Below the pieces are notes generated by a model. The model was not told where the DNA came from. It did no database searches and saw only the letters and a program-made list of their open reading frames with translations. Of a DNA stretch of 64,000 bases, positions 25,761 through 38,025 are shown in pieces (the first letter of the stretch is position 1; every line of letters starts with the position of its first letter). This DNA is from Squalus acanthias (lineage: Eukaryota), in assembly GCA_030390025.1 (NCBI GenBank), contig CM059432.1, positions 116,748,001 to 116,812,000 on the forward strand, written 5' to 3'. The position numbers and the translations under genes were made by a program.

Positions 25761-28700
25761 TCCAATGTAATATTCTATGTAAGATTGGTTGTGCTGCCCG
25801 TCACTATTTATTAGCCTGCCAGCACTACTGTTTAGTTGAGGCATGATGAATGGCCACTTGGGCAATGTATAAAAGGGTTGCTAACACATGTGGAAGCAAA
25901 GCCCAAGATGAAGGGGGAGAAAACTGACATTTTAAAATTGCAGAGTTATACACAAAGAACGACACTGTCCATGTTACCAAAGTGTTTTGTTGGACTGTTT
26001 TATCTGTGTAGAGAGAAAGGCAAAATGTTCATATAGTGCCCCTCTCCCCTCATGAATTAAGTATTATTTGAGCACCATCATATCAGTAGAGGAAGCTGCA
26101 AAGGGGTTTGTCCCCCTCTGCTGAGGGAAGGTCCGTGGAAGCAAAACTGCTTCAGAATGGAAAAGGGTAAAGTTAAGAAGAATACATACAGAATTACACT
26201 TTGCATCACCTAACTTACTTAAAGGTACTCACTAAAATAAAATAGTCTAAAGTAGACTGAAGAACCAAACTGTAAAGCATAACACTAGTGAATTATTAAC
26301 CATTTGCCTTTTCCACTGACGATTCAAAGGACTTTGATCCAGTGAAAGCTGTACTTCGCTCAACACAAGAACCTTCAGTCCCAAAAGTCCCAGCTTCAAG
26401 TCCTATTACAGTGATGCCTCTAACTGTCAAACCTTTCCTAATAATGGTTTGCAAGCTCAAATATCAACACAGGCTTGGACTGAATTCTCGCTCCTCCAAA
26501 CCAAATAATCAGCAGCTGGAATTTCAGCATAGTTCTCCTGATCTCCCACTGTAATTTTGGCGGAGAAACCTCAAGATAAACGGCATAAATGGTTAAAAAC
26601 GGCCGTTTATGTTGTGCCTTCAAAGTTTTGGCCGATCTCACACTGAAGTTACAATGGAGGATCAGGAGAACATAGCGGGAATTCTCCCTCGATGTTTTCG
26701 TGCTGGAACTATTGTTCTACCCATATGACTGTTATTTATAACTGCTCTATCAGCTCATAATAGACCAAAAATGTCCAAGCGTTGCGTCCTCATGGGCCAC
26801 TTAGGTGCCTGCTATGGGACATTGTGGGCCACCTCTACATTTTAAATCATGGCTTCTATTAATTTACATATACCTCAAGCTGTGGACACTAACAGATCTA
26901 AAGGTTCAAATTTGGAATGTATCCACCAATGTAGTAATAGTGCTGAGAACAGGTCTTTTTAAACCTGCAGGCCCACGAAATTCAACAACAACTTGCATTT
27001 ATATGACACCTTGAACATAAAGAATGTCCCAAGGTGCTTTACACACAGGCTTAAGGCAAAAGGGCGCCCAGCCAGGAAAGGACAGATTAAGTGCGGCGAC
27101 TGAAAGCTTGGCCAATGACATGGGTTGTGAGGAGGCATTTAAAGGCAGAGAAAAAGGTGGCAAGGTCAAGAGATTTAGGAAGGGAGTTCCAGAGGACCCA
27201 GGCAGTTGAAAACTCTGCAGTCAATGGTGGGGAGAAGGTAGCTGAAGTTGCATAGAAGACTAGAGTCAAAGGAACACAGCATTCAGCAGGAGACATTGGG
27301 GTGGGGGAGAATGCAGAAATAGTCCAGGGAAAGGTTTTCGCCTGGAATTTCCATGGATGTTCTCCTGAACTCCTGCTGTGACATTTTCAGAAGATTGGCG
27401 GAAATGCAGGAGAAATGGCGTAACTTGCCATTTTTCATTTTTCCACCAATTTTCTGCTGAAGTTATGGCAGGTGATCAGGAGAACTCTGCGGAGGTTCTA
27501 CCCCGTTGGATTTAATGCATTGGAGAATGAAAGCCAACGTAGATCAGTCAAGGCAGGAATGATAGGCTAGTGGGACTTTGTGCGGGACAGGATATGTGTA
27601 GCAGTTGGAGTTTCTGGAGGGTGGAGGATGTGAAACCAGCAAGGAAAGCATTAGAGTGTTCAAGCCTGAGGTTCACAGGGCTTTCAGCAGCACGGGTGCT
27701 GAGCTAAGGACAGAGGTGGTCAATGTTGAGCAGATGTGGGATTTCAAGCTCAGCTCAGGGTAGCGACCGTGAATGGTCTGGTTCAGTATGAGAAACTGGC
27801 AGATGAAGTCAATGGCAAGGGAGTGTGGTTTATGCTGGGGACTGAAGGCAGCGGTTTTGATCTTCCTGATGTTGAGCGGGAAGAAGTTGTAACCAATCTG
27901 AGACGCTGGCCATGATATTTACGGGGAGGCGGGAGAGTGTGGGTGAGGCCGAAATGGCCAAAAACCTGGCAAAGCCAGGGACACAGAGATCTTAATGGCA
28001 GGACCTCATTAACATCTTTTAGCTGCGTTTGCCGCCTGGCAGCTGGGCAAATGGACAGCCTGGCCGGTGGGCGAGAGGGAACGCCTGCGGCAGGAGGCCT
28101 TGGGGACGGTCCCCGGCTATCGCGCAGGGAGAGACAGAGGCCCGCAATTGGGAGGTCGGAGTGGTCCTCGATCGGGAGGGCTGGAAAGATGTTGGCAATT
28201 GGGGCTGGGGGAGTTTGGCAATCGGGGTTGGGGAGGGATGAGGCTGGTGATTGGGACTGTGGGAGGCTGAAGACTTTCTTGAGGGGCCTGGGGAGAGCAG
28301 TCCTGCTCCTCCTGGTGCTCAAGGAGAGCTGAAAGAGGGTCTTACCTTGTGAAGCTAACAGCTGCCACCTTCCTTTCACTGCCGAATTTCCCAACCCCTG
28401 GGAAACCCGTGCAGCAACAGTAAATTTTAAATTGGATTCCCAAATGAACTGTGGGAGCCCGAATTAAATATGTTAATCTGGAGAGGCGATACACTCAGAT
28501 GCCCCAGCAGTGGCGGGCACGTGCGAGTGCTGTGGTCGCGTTGCGCGTATTTCACTTTTTACCCCCACCCCGACCCTCTCCTGCCCATTGTGGGGGGTTA
28601 ATATCAAGGCCTTAATGTCAAACAAATGATCTGACAGCGTGTAGGCTGTCAAGGGATTGAGTAAAATGTTGATGTGGGCCTGGAATTTCATATTACGACT

Positions 28701-29437
28701 GCAATGCAAAAATGGTATGTAAAGGAAAATGATCTTCCAATCGCCTCGACTGACAGTGCACTGCCTTGCCTGAGGCATGTAAGTGAAGATGGGGGAATGG
28801 TTTTCTTTTCCCAGGATTTCCCTGTCTATGACAAGTTCCCACCCCCAGGAAATGCCGCCGCTATAAAGGTGGCAGTGTTGGGACCTGTAAAGTATCCCAG
28901 ATGTGGGAAAGCACAGTGGAGCCTATAGCTGACACTTATCAGCGATCCTCTATGATGTTAAAGCCTGGAAGCAATTGCCAAAATTTGAACCCCCTGAAAA
29001 CTAAGGCACTAAAATTGTTAGCACAGATTAAAACATTGTTTTAGGGAACTAATGGATTCCTTTCTGGAACTGCATTGTTTCTGTGTCTTGAGGAAGAGGG
29101 TGATGAGGACATTGAGGAGAGGATGGAAGCCAGGAGTGCCCAGCAGCATGTGTGCAGGCAATACCTGTAATGTATTAGCACATGGTTTGTCACATGGTTT
29201 GGTATGAGCATCCTCAGTTCGCTCTGGCCTAGTAAAGCAAGCACATGGACTAGCAATTCATCGTGTCTCTGTCCTTCATTTCTTCTACCCACATATATTA
29301 CATTTTTGATGCTGAGATTGGGATCCCAAAGCCATTTTTAGGGATCATGGAAGGACACAGTGTTCAACCTTCGAGTGGAAAGGTTTAAGGTACACAGGTA
29401 GCGTGCTGAGTCACTGTTCAACGGGATTGGGGCAATA

Positions 29438-29690
29438 ATGGCCACGCCTAAGGGATACATCGGAAGCCTCAGCATTATGACCGAGCTCGCGAACCATTCA
29501 GTTCTTACATTGAGCGGATGGAGATGTTTTTTAAGGCCAATAACATTATTGAGAATGAAGGTGCAGATGAGAATGTTCAAGCTCAAAACAAAGTAATTCG
29601 TGAACGTAAAAAAGCAATTTTTCTAACGGAGATCGGGCCAGATGTCTACAGAACATTGACAAACCTACTCGCACCAGGGAAAGCGAAGGA
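29438..29690 (+). pseudogene. Ty3/Gypsy gag N-terminal fragment
   Basis: With one frameshift it reads MATPKGYIGSL-HYDRAREPFSSYIERMEMFFKAN...RKKAIFLTEIGPDVYRTLTNLLAPGK, the typical N-terminal pattern of Mag-type Gypsy gag. Truncated by the CR1 tail at 29691. Confidence 0.7.
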
Positions 29691-30197
29691 TAGAATCATA
29701 GAATCATAGAATGGTTACAGCACAGAAGGAGGCCATTCAGCCTGTCAAGCCCATGCCGGCTCTCTGCAAGAGCACTTCAGCTGGTCCCACTCCTCCGCCC
29801 TTTCCCCGTAGCCCTGCAAATTTCTTTCCTTCAGGTACTTATCCAATTCCCTTTTGAAAGCTATGATTAAGTCTGCCTCCACCACCGTTTCAGGCAGTGC
29901 ATTCCAGATCCTAACCACTCATGTCGCCTTTGGTTCTTTTGCCAATCACCTTAAATCTGTGTCCTCTGGTTCTCGACCTTTCCGCCAATGGGAACAGTTT
30001 CTCTCTATCTACTCTGTCTAGACCCCTCATGATTTTGAATACCTCTATCAAATCTCCTCTCAACCTTCTCTGCTCTAAGGAGAACAAGCCCAGCTTCTCC
30101 AGTCTATCCACATAACTGAAGTCCCTCATCCTTGAAATTATTCTCGTAAAACTTTTCTGCACGCTCTCTAAGGCCTTCACATCCTTCCTAAAGTACA

Positions 30198-31842
30198 GGC
30201 CTATTTCTGAGGTCCCCACCATCACAGAAGTCAGTCTTCAGCCAATTCGATTCACTCCACGTGATATCAAGAAACGGCTGAGCACACTGGATACAGCAAA
30301 GGCTATGGGCCCCGACAACATCCCGGCTATCGCACTGAAGACTTGTGCTCCAGAACTAGCCGCGCCTCTAGCCAAGCTGTTCCAGTACAGCTACAACACT
30401 GGCATCTATCCAACAATGTGGAAAACTGCCCAGGTATGACCTGTCCACAAAAAGCAGGACAAATCCAATCCAGCCAATTACCGCCCCATCAGTCTTCTCG
30501 CAATTCAACAAAGTGATGGAAGGTGTCATCGACAGTGCTATCAAGCGGCACTTACTCACCAATAACCTGCTCACTGATGCCCAGTTTGGGTTCCGCCAAG
30601 ACCACTTGGCTCCCGACCTCCTACAGCCTTGGTCCAAACATGGACAAAGGAGCTGAATTCCAGAGGTGAGGTGAGAGTGACTGCCCTTGACATCAAGGCA
30701 GCATTTGACTGAGTGTGGCATCAAGAAGCCCTAGTAAAACTGAAGTCAATTGGAATTAGGGGGAAATCTCTCCACTGGCTGGAGTCATACCTAGCACAAA
30801 GGAAGATGGTTGTGGTGGTTGAAGGTCAATCATCACAGCCACAGGACATCGCTGCAGGGGTTCCACAGGGTAGTGTACTAGGCCTAACCATCTTCAATTG
30901 CTTCATCAATGACCTTCCCTCCAACATAAGGTCAGAAGTGGGGATGATCGCTGATGATTGCACAGTGTTCAGTGCCATTCACAACTCCTCATATAATGAA
31001 GCAGTCCATGCCTGCATGCAACAAGACCTGGACGACGTTCAGGCTTGGGCTGATAAGTGGCAGGTAATATTCGCGCCACAGAAGTGCCAGACAATGACTA
31101 TCTCCAACAAGCGAGAGCCTAACCACCACCCCTTGACATTCAACGGCATTACCATCACCGAATCCCCCACCATCAACATCCTGGGGGTTACCATTGACCA
31201 GAAACTTAACTGGACCAGCCACATAAATACTGTGGCAACAAGAGCAGGTCAGAGACTAGGTATTCTGCGGCAAGTGTCTCACCCCTGACTCCCAAAGCAT
31301 TTCCAGCATCTACAAGGCACAAGTAAGGAGTGTGATGGAATACTCTCCACTTGCCTGGATGAGTGCAGCTCCAACACTCAAGAAGCTCGACACCATCCAG
31401 GACAAAACAGCCCGCTTGATTGGCACCCCATCCACCACCTTAAACATTCACTCCCTCCACCACTGGCGTACTGTGGCTGCAGTATGTACCATCTACAAGA
31501 TGCACTGCAGCAACTCGCCAAGGCTTCTTCGGCAGCACCTCCCAAACCCGCGTCATCTTCCACCTAGAAGGACAAGGGTAGCAGGCACATGGGAACACCA
31601 CCACCTCCAAGTTTCCCTCCAAGTCACACACCATCCTGACTTAGAAGTATATCGCTGATCCTTTATTGTCGCTGGGTCAAAATTCTGGAACTCCCTACCT
31701 AACAGCACTGTGAGAGAACCTTCACCACACGGACTGCAGCGGTTCAAGAAGGCGGTTCACCACCACCTTCTCAAGGGCAATTAGGGATGGGCAATATATG
31801 CTGGCCTTGCCAGCGACGCCCACATCCCATAAATGAATAAAA
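30198..31842 (+). mobile_element. 5'-truncated CR1-group LINE family B inserted into the CR1
   Basis: Colinear with 350-1967; RT ORFs 30713-31288 and 31332-31658; family B tail ending ATGAATAAAAA. Confidence 0.9.
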
Positions 31843-32013
31843 ATTGGACACAATACTCCAGTTGCAGCCAAACCAGTATTTTATAAAGGTTCATCATAAC
31901 TTCCTTGCTTTTGTACTCTATGCCTCTATTTATGAAGCTCAGTATCCCGTATGCTTTTTTAACCGCTTTCTCAACCTGTCCTACCACCTTCAACGATTTG
32001 TGCACATATACCC

Positions 32014-33501
32014 TGTAAGATTCTCAAAATTCACAGATCCCCCTAACTCTAAGATAAAACCCTAAGGAAAAAGACTTTGGACTCTTTTCTAGCTATTACA
32101 AGGTGGTGAAGTGCATTGGGCCTAACCGAAGAACCTTTTGAGCAAAAACCAAGATTTGGTACTCTTAAAACATGTCTGGGCTTGTAAGGGAGAAAAGGCT
32201 GTGAAGGAAGGTGGGATCAACCTCTTTAAAAACAGTTTGGGTATTGGAGCTAATGGGAACTGTCTGGGGAACCGCATGATCTCGCTGGGAGTGTAAACGG
32301 CCCCTATCAGACATTAGCATCCAAACAATAAACCCGAGGAAAACCAGTCTCCACCCCAAGCTACAGAGCCCATTAAGACACGCATTAAAACATTACTTCG
32401 GCATACTCTATAGAAATCATAGGCCCAGCCAAGAAAACCCGAAACATAAGAACAATCAAACTCCGATTAAGTGGCAAATCGACAGGATGGGGGCCATCCC
32501 GGAACCACTTCACATCTTAACAAATCAGTTACCGTTAATGAGCCTGCCAAAACTAACAAAGACCGAGACCTAATTTGGCGCGCAGATAAGGAACCTTCAA
32601 TGGGTATAATTGAAGGCCCATTCTCAACCTGAAAAAGAAGAAGAGGAAGGAAGAACAAGAAGACATCGACAGAGGCATTTCTCCACAACACAGTTCTAAA
32701 ACCAACACCATTCAGCGTTCCGTGTCCAGCCAGGAGGTCGACAGCTCGAAGGCCAGACCATCCAACAAAGTAGGCTGACACGAGAAGAAACCAGAACAAC
32801 CGCCTCAGTGACCACCGGACACCTCGCGGCAATAAGGCCCTCACAAAACAACCAACCAATCACCAAGTATCAATATTTGGGCCACCGCGACCAAAGAAAA
32901 CCAACTCGAAGAAAACCGAAGAACCGCAAAGTTTCCACTCTACAATCTACTCCTGACTTACCCCTGGGTAAGATTTTTCCCTTAAAAAACTCTAAACCCT
33001 ACTTCTAAACCAAAGAAAAGTGGGCACTCACCTGATAAATCCAATACGCACCCTACCGCATCAGCGGACTCGCGAAGACTGACCAGATACGCAGTTGAAG
33101 TCCTCTACCGCGTACGGGGTACGGCAGACACCAACCGACATATAGAGTGAACCCCAAAACCGCGAACTAACCCAACTGTCAAGGATTCTGGTGAGTATCA
33201 TCCCTGGTCCTCTGGAGTCTAACCTAGCTAGTGAAGTGGGATTGGGAGGGGTGAAGTATTCTTCTAATGTTATTTCCCTCGCTTGTACCGAAGTGTTCCC
33301 CACTTTTAGAGTGTTAAGAGTGTTTGTGTTGTGTTTTACTTTCTTGAATAAAGATCAAAGTTCTTGCATCAAAACCAGTTGTCTGCTGCACTTTTTGTCA
33401 CAACCCCCAAATAAGTCCAAGGTCTAGAACCAAAGTAGTGGGAGCGATTCGAACCGTTCAGAAGTCAGAGGTGAAGCTGACACAAACCACCACCCCCTAC
33501 A
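32014..33501 (+). mobile_element. Solo LTR, 1488 bp
   Basis: TGTA...TACA termini, perfect 4-bp TSD ACCC (32010-13 and 33502-05), AATAAA at ~33348. It cleanly interrupts CR1 coding sequence. Confidence 0.85.
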
Positions 33502-33697
33502 ACCCCCAGGTCTCTCTGTTCATGCACCCACTTTAGGATTGTACCCTTTAGTTTATGTTGCCTCTCCTCGTTCTTCCTACCAAAATGTATCACTTCACAC
33601 TTTTCTGCATTAAATTTCATCTGCCACGTGTCCACCCATTTCACTAGCCTGTCTATGTCCTCTTGAAGTCTATCACTATCCTCCTCACTGTTAACAA

Positions 33698-35318
33698 TGG
33701 TGCAGAAATTCCGATCCCTACAGGTGTATACGCGCTGTGTACTCACCCGTAGGGACATCGGAAATGCCGGTTTTAGGTATGCACTGCGCATGCGCTGGAA
33801 ACCGGCATTTCCGATCTGTCAAGAAAGCTCTTGACAGATCCTCCGGCTGCCCGGGAGCAGGGCCTCTGCGGGCGGATAGTTCCGCTTTTTGGAGACCCTC
33901 CGCCTGCAGAAAACACTTACAATTCTTGCGCCTGGTAAAAGCAGGCGTAAGGCCTGCTTTTACCAGGATAAGAGTTGAAAAAAGGTTTAAAAAATTTTTT
34001 TTCCACTGATTTATCATTTAAAAATACTTTAAAGAAAAGTAAGTTCATTATTAGCCCCGTTAAAAACTTTAATTTGCTTTTTCAAAAAATAAAATTTTTG
34101 TTTAAAATACTTAATTTATTGTAATTTAAAGTCATTATAAAAAGGTGTTTTAAAAAAAAAAATATTTAAAGTTTTACTGGGCCAGAAATTCGGCTGTTGT
34201 CGGGTGAGTACGCGCTGTGTACGGAAGTTCCGGTTTCCCGCGCATGCGCAGTGCATGCAGGCAACCGGAACTTCCGTACCCCTGAAAGGAGGGGTTCAGA
34301 AGTCGAACGCGTGCGCGGGAGAGAAGCGAACTTCGATTTTTTTTTCAGGTTTCTCCGGGAAGCTAAGTATGAAAAAGCTGCGCTTTTAAAAAGGAGGCGC
34401 AAGGCCTGTTTTTAACAAGGTAAGTGGTTAATTAATTACAATTTAAAAACATTTTCAACAGGTTTATCTTTTTTAGATACGTTAAAGAAAGGTAAGTTTA
34501 TTTTTAGCACCGTTACAAAGTATAATTAATTTTTAACAAGGTAAGTGGTTAATTAATTACAATTTAAAAATTTTTCAATATGTTTATCTTTTTTAGATAC
34601 ATTAAAGAAAGGTAAGTTTATTTTTTAGCACCGTTACAAAGTATAATTAATTTTTTCAAAAATTAAAATTTTTGTTTAAAGTAGTTAATTTATTTAACTT
34701 ATAGATATTTTAAAAATGTGATGTTTTTAAAAAAATTTATTTGAAGTTTAAGTGTGGTTTTGGGGCCGATCTCTATTCATAGATTTGACAGGTCTTCCTG
34801 TCAAATCTATGAATGAAAATGCCCTGCTAGGATTGGCTCTCCATGGCCCACGTGATCCCAGGGGACGCTTCGAACTAACTGCGCCCCTGGGATACACAAG
34901 CACTGCGCGCCGGCAGCTGGAGGAGGCCCAGGACCCGAAGTCCTCGTGGGCCCAAAGCACAACTGCAGGCGCGGTAGGCAAGTACGCGCTCGATGCTTGC
35001 ACCAGCAGGAAGCTTGAAAGCTGAATTTCTGGCCCATTATATTTTGGGGGTGATCTCTATTCATATATTTGACAGGTCTTCCTGTCAAATGTATGAAGGG
35101 AGATTCCCTTCTCTGATTGGCTCCCCATGGCCCACGTGATCCCAGGGACACTGCGAACCACCTGTACCTCTGGGATACGTGGGCCCTGCGCACCGGCAGT
35201 TTGGAGAGGCCCAGCAGTGGAACTCTGCGCCTCCTGGGAGCCCTCCGGTCTTGCTGCAGATTTTTCCAGATCGCAGCCCTCCGCCCACGGGAGGCCTGCG
35301 ATCGGAATTTCTGGGCCA
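33698..35318. mobile_element. Harbinger-like MITE (outer) inserted in CR1 RT
   Basis: TIRs TGGTGCAGAAATTCCGATC / GATCGGAATTTCTGGGCCA. Removing it restores CR1 KLGDIVNSEED. Confidence 0.8.
34179..35035. mobile_element. Related Harbinger-like MITE nested inside the outer MITE
   Basis: Perfect 13-bp TIR GGGCCAGAAATTC / GAATTTCTGGCCC, flanks ACT/ATT, internal ~120-bp tandem duplication (34410-34650). Confidence 0.82.
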
Positions 35319-36349
35319 TATCTCCAAGTTTAATGTCATCTGCAAATTTTGAAATTGTGCCCTGTACTCCCACATCCAAGTCATCAATATATATCAAGAA
35401 AAGCAGTTGTCCTATTACCGACCCCTGGGGAACACCACTGTGTACCTTCCTCCAGTCCGAAAAACAACCGTTCACCACTACTCTCTGTTTCCTGTCACTT
35501 AGCCAATTTTGTATCCATGCTGCCACTGTCCCTTTTATTCCATGGGCTTCTACTTTGCTGGTAAGCCTATTATGTGGCACTTTATCAAATGGCTTTTGGA
35601 AGTCCATATACACCACATCAACCGCATTGCCCTCATCAACCCTCCTTGTTACCTCACCTAAAAACTCAATCAAGTTAGTTAAACATGATTTGCCTTTAAC
35701 ATATCTGTGCTGGCTTTCCTTAATTAATCCACACTTGTCCAAGTGACTGTTTACTGCATGCTACGCAATACAGTGAGGCATTGTTGCAGTTCTGAGGAGA
35801 GGATGGCAATGGAAACAACAAGAGGCTTTGTAACCATAAGTAGCATCCAAGAAGACATAATCAGACATCGAATTGCTGGTTAATTTCCTTGGTAAATTGT
35901 TCCATTAAGATTCTGAAAACTTTAACTACAAATCATCAGATAGTGAAATGACTGTTCACAGGAAGCTGGTGCAAAGTCTGGTGCTTTATTTTGCAATTGA
36001 TTTTACTTAATTTGCAGTCTCGTCATGTCATGGTTGACTGCACTTGGCATATGACTTACAACATTGACATGCATTATGTATGGTACAGTTGACATGCGGT
36101 TGTGGGTGGCTTGTGGATGACATGGTACTCTGCTACTTACTGCTTCCCTTGGTGTTGAGGGGAGACTTTTCTGATATAAATGGCTTAGCCCCAGCTTGGC
36201 ACTTTTGATGTCTTATTCATAATCAACAGAAACAGAAGTCATCCTTCACACGACTGTGTGAAGTCTACACTGCCCAGGTTGGAAGCTGCTAAGTATGAGT
36301 TACAAGGGATCTATTTCACCTACTTGATCTGTTTTTACTGTCCTTTTTA

Positions 36350-36616
36350 TTCCTTCCTGGGATATGGACATCGTTGGCAAGGCTGGCATTTATTGCCTGA
36401 CCCTATTTGCTCCAAGTTTGATACAACTTGCTGGGCACCTTAGGAAGGCAGTTAAGAATCAACCACTTTGGTATGGAACTGGAGTCACTCATTGACCAGC
36501 AAGGACAGCAAGTTTTCTTCCCTAAAGGACATTAGTGAACCACTTGGGTCTTTGCGACAATCCGACAGCTTCATGGTCACTTTTACTGAGACCAGCTTTT
36601 AATTTCCAGACTTCCA
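36350..36616 (-). mobile_element. 3' part of a tRNA-derived SINE with family-B LINE tail; its head lies at ~45325-45395, after the CR1
   Basis: Similar to 49545-49905 (TTCCCT.AAG.ACATTAGTGAACCA..CATGGTCAC). It resumes at 45325 with AATTC..CCATGGTGGAATTTGAACTC, a reversed B-box. Confidence 0.65.
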
Positions 36617-36620
36617 GACG

Positions 36621-36819
36621 GCGGCGGAGGAGGAGCCTTTCTTTCTTCCACAGAGCGGTCGGCAGCGGGGAAGGAGGAGCGGACCTGGTTGGAGCGGCGG
36701 GAGCGGCGGCGAGTCGATAAAGGGAGCCCCGAGGCTCAGGTAGGCCTCACACCAGCGTCGACAGCGGCGGAGGAGGAGCCTTTCTTTCTTCCACAGAGCG
36801 GTCGGCAGCGGGGAAGGAG
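36621..36819 (+). repeat. Two identical ~56-bp GC-rich units (period 143 bp) in the CR1 5' UTR
   Basis: GCGGCGGAGGAGGAGCCTTTCTTTCTTCCACAGAGCGGTCGGCAGCGGGGAAGGAG at 36621 and 36764. Confidence 0.85.
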
Positions 36820-37033
36820 CTTTGCGGGTTTTTTCAAAGTCAGAGGGCGGGGCCAATTCATTGGTACCCGTATATAGGTGGAGCTGTTGCTAAGCCCGAG
36901 ACACTACACTAGTAGTGTCTCCCAACCTCCCACCTCCTCTAACCTTTAGGGGTAGAGGGAATTTAAAAGGTAGGTTCGATTTATATTTTGTTTTCAGGGA
37001 CTTAACTTAATAAAGTAATATAAGGGTTAAGTC

Positions 37034-37978
37034 ATGGCAGGAAATCTCGGGGCCGTGTCGTGCTCCTCCTGTGCTATGTGGGAAATCAGGGACACTTCCA
37101 GTGTCCCTGACAACTATGTGTGCAGGAAGTGCGTCCAGCTGCAGCTCCTGACGGACCGCATGGCGGCACTGGAGCTGCGGATGGACTCACTCTGGAGCAT
37201 CCACGATGCCGAGAACTTTGTGGATTACTCATTTAGTGAGTTGAACACACCGCGGGTAAAGGCTAGGTCAGACAGTAAATGGGTGACCAAGAGGCAGGGC
37301 AATATCAGGAAGGTAGTGCAGGAGTCCCCTGCGGTCATCTCCCTCCAAAACAGATATACCGTTTTGGATACTGTTGGGGGAAATGACCTACCAGGGGAAG
37401 GCACCAGCAGCCAGGTTCATGGCACCATGGCTGGCTCTGCTGCACAGCAGGTCGGGAAAAAGAATGGTAGAGCTATAGTGATAGGGGACTCAATTGTAAG
37501 GGGAATAGACAGGAGTTTCTGTGGCCGCAACTGAGATTCCAGGATGGTATGTTGCCTCCCTGGTGCAAGGGTCAAGGATGTCTCGGAGCGGCTGCAGAAC
37601 ATTCTGGAAAGGGAAGGTGAAAAGCCAGCTGTCGTGGTGCATGTCGGTACCAATGATATAGGTAAAAAGCGGGAAGAGGTCCTACAAGCAGAATTTAGGG
37701 AGCTAGGAGCTAAATTGAAAAGTAGGACCTCAAAGGTAGTAATCTCTGGGTTGCTACCAGTGCCACGTGCTAATCAGAGTAGCATGAATAGGATAGCGAG
37801 ATTAAATACGTGGCTTGAGCAGTGGTGCAGGAGGGAGGGATTCAAATACCTGAGGCATTGGAACCAGTTCTGGGGGAAGTGGGACCTGTACAAAAGGGAC
37901 GGTCTGCACTTGGGCAGGACTGGAACCGATGTCCTCGGGGTAATATTTGCTAAGGCAGTTCGGGCGGATTTAAACTAA
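37034..37978 (+). pseudogene. CR1 ORF1: Cys zinc-finger/coiled coil plus SGNH/GDSL esterase domain, one in-frame TGA
   Basis: CxxC...CxxC N-terminus; SGNH blocks GDSIVR, LPGAR, HVGTND, DGLH. ORFs 37034-37534 and 37544-37978 are in the same frame, separated by TGA at 37532-34. Confidence 0.9.
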
Positions 37979-38025
37979 TATGGCAGGGGAATGGGAACCT
38001 ATGTAGTGAAACAGAGGGAAGTAAT

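Larger units (their letters stand above)
29691..35755 (-). mobile_element. CR1 LINE fragment split into four pieces (29691-30197, 31843-32013, 33502-33697, 35319-35755)
   Basis: The pieces are colinear CR1 ORF2 ([37 protein letters not shown]..., KKAYGIL, RRLRGDLIEVFK) with an (ATAGAATC)n tail at 29691. Confidence 0.88.

Noticed and set aside
27783..28394. 203-aa and overlapping ORFs in a GC-rich stretch
   Set aside because: No recognisable domain; the region looks like a GC-rich non-autonomous element next to a degraded L2.
34807..35742. 311-aa minus-strand ORF as a novel RT protein
   Set aside because: CR1 RT fragment reading through into the inserted MITE after KLGD; a chimeric artefact.
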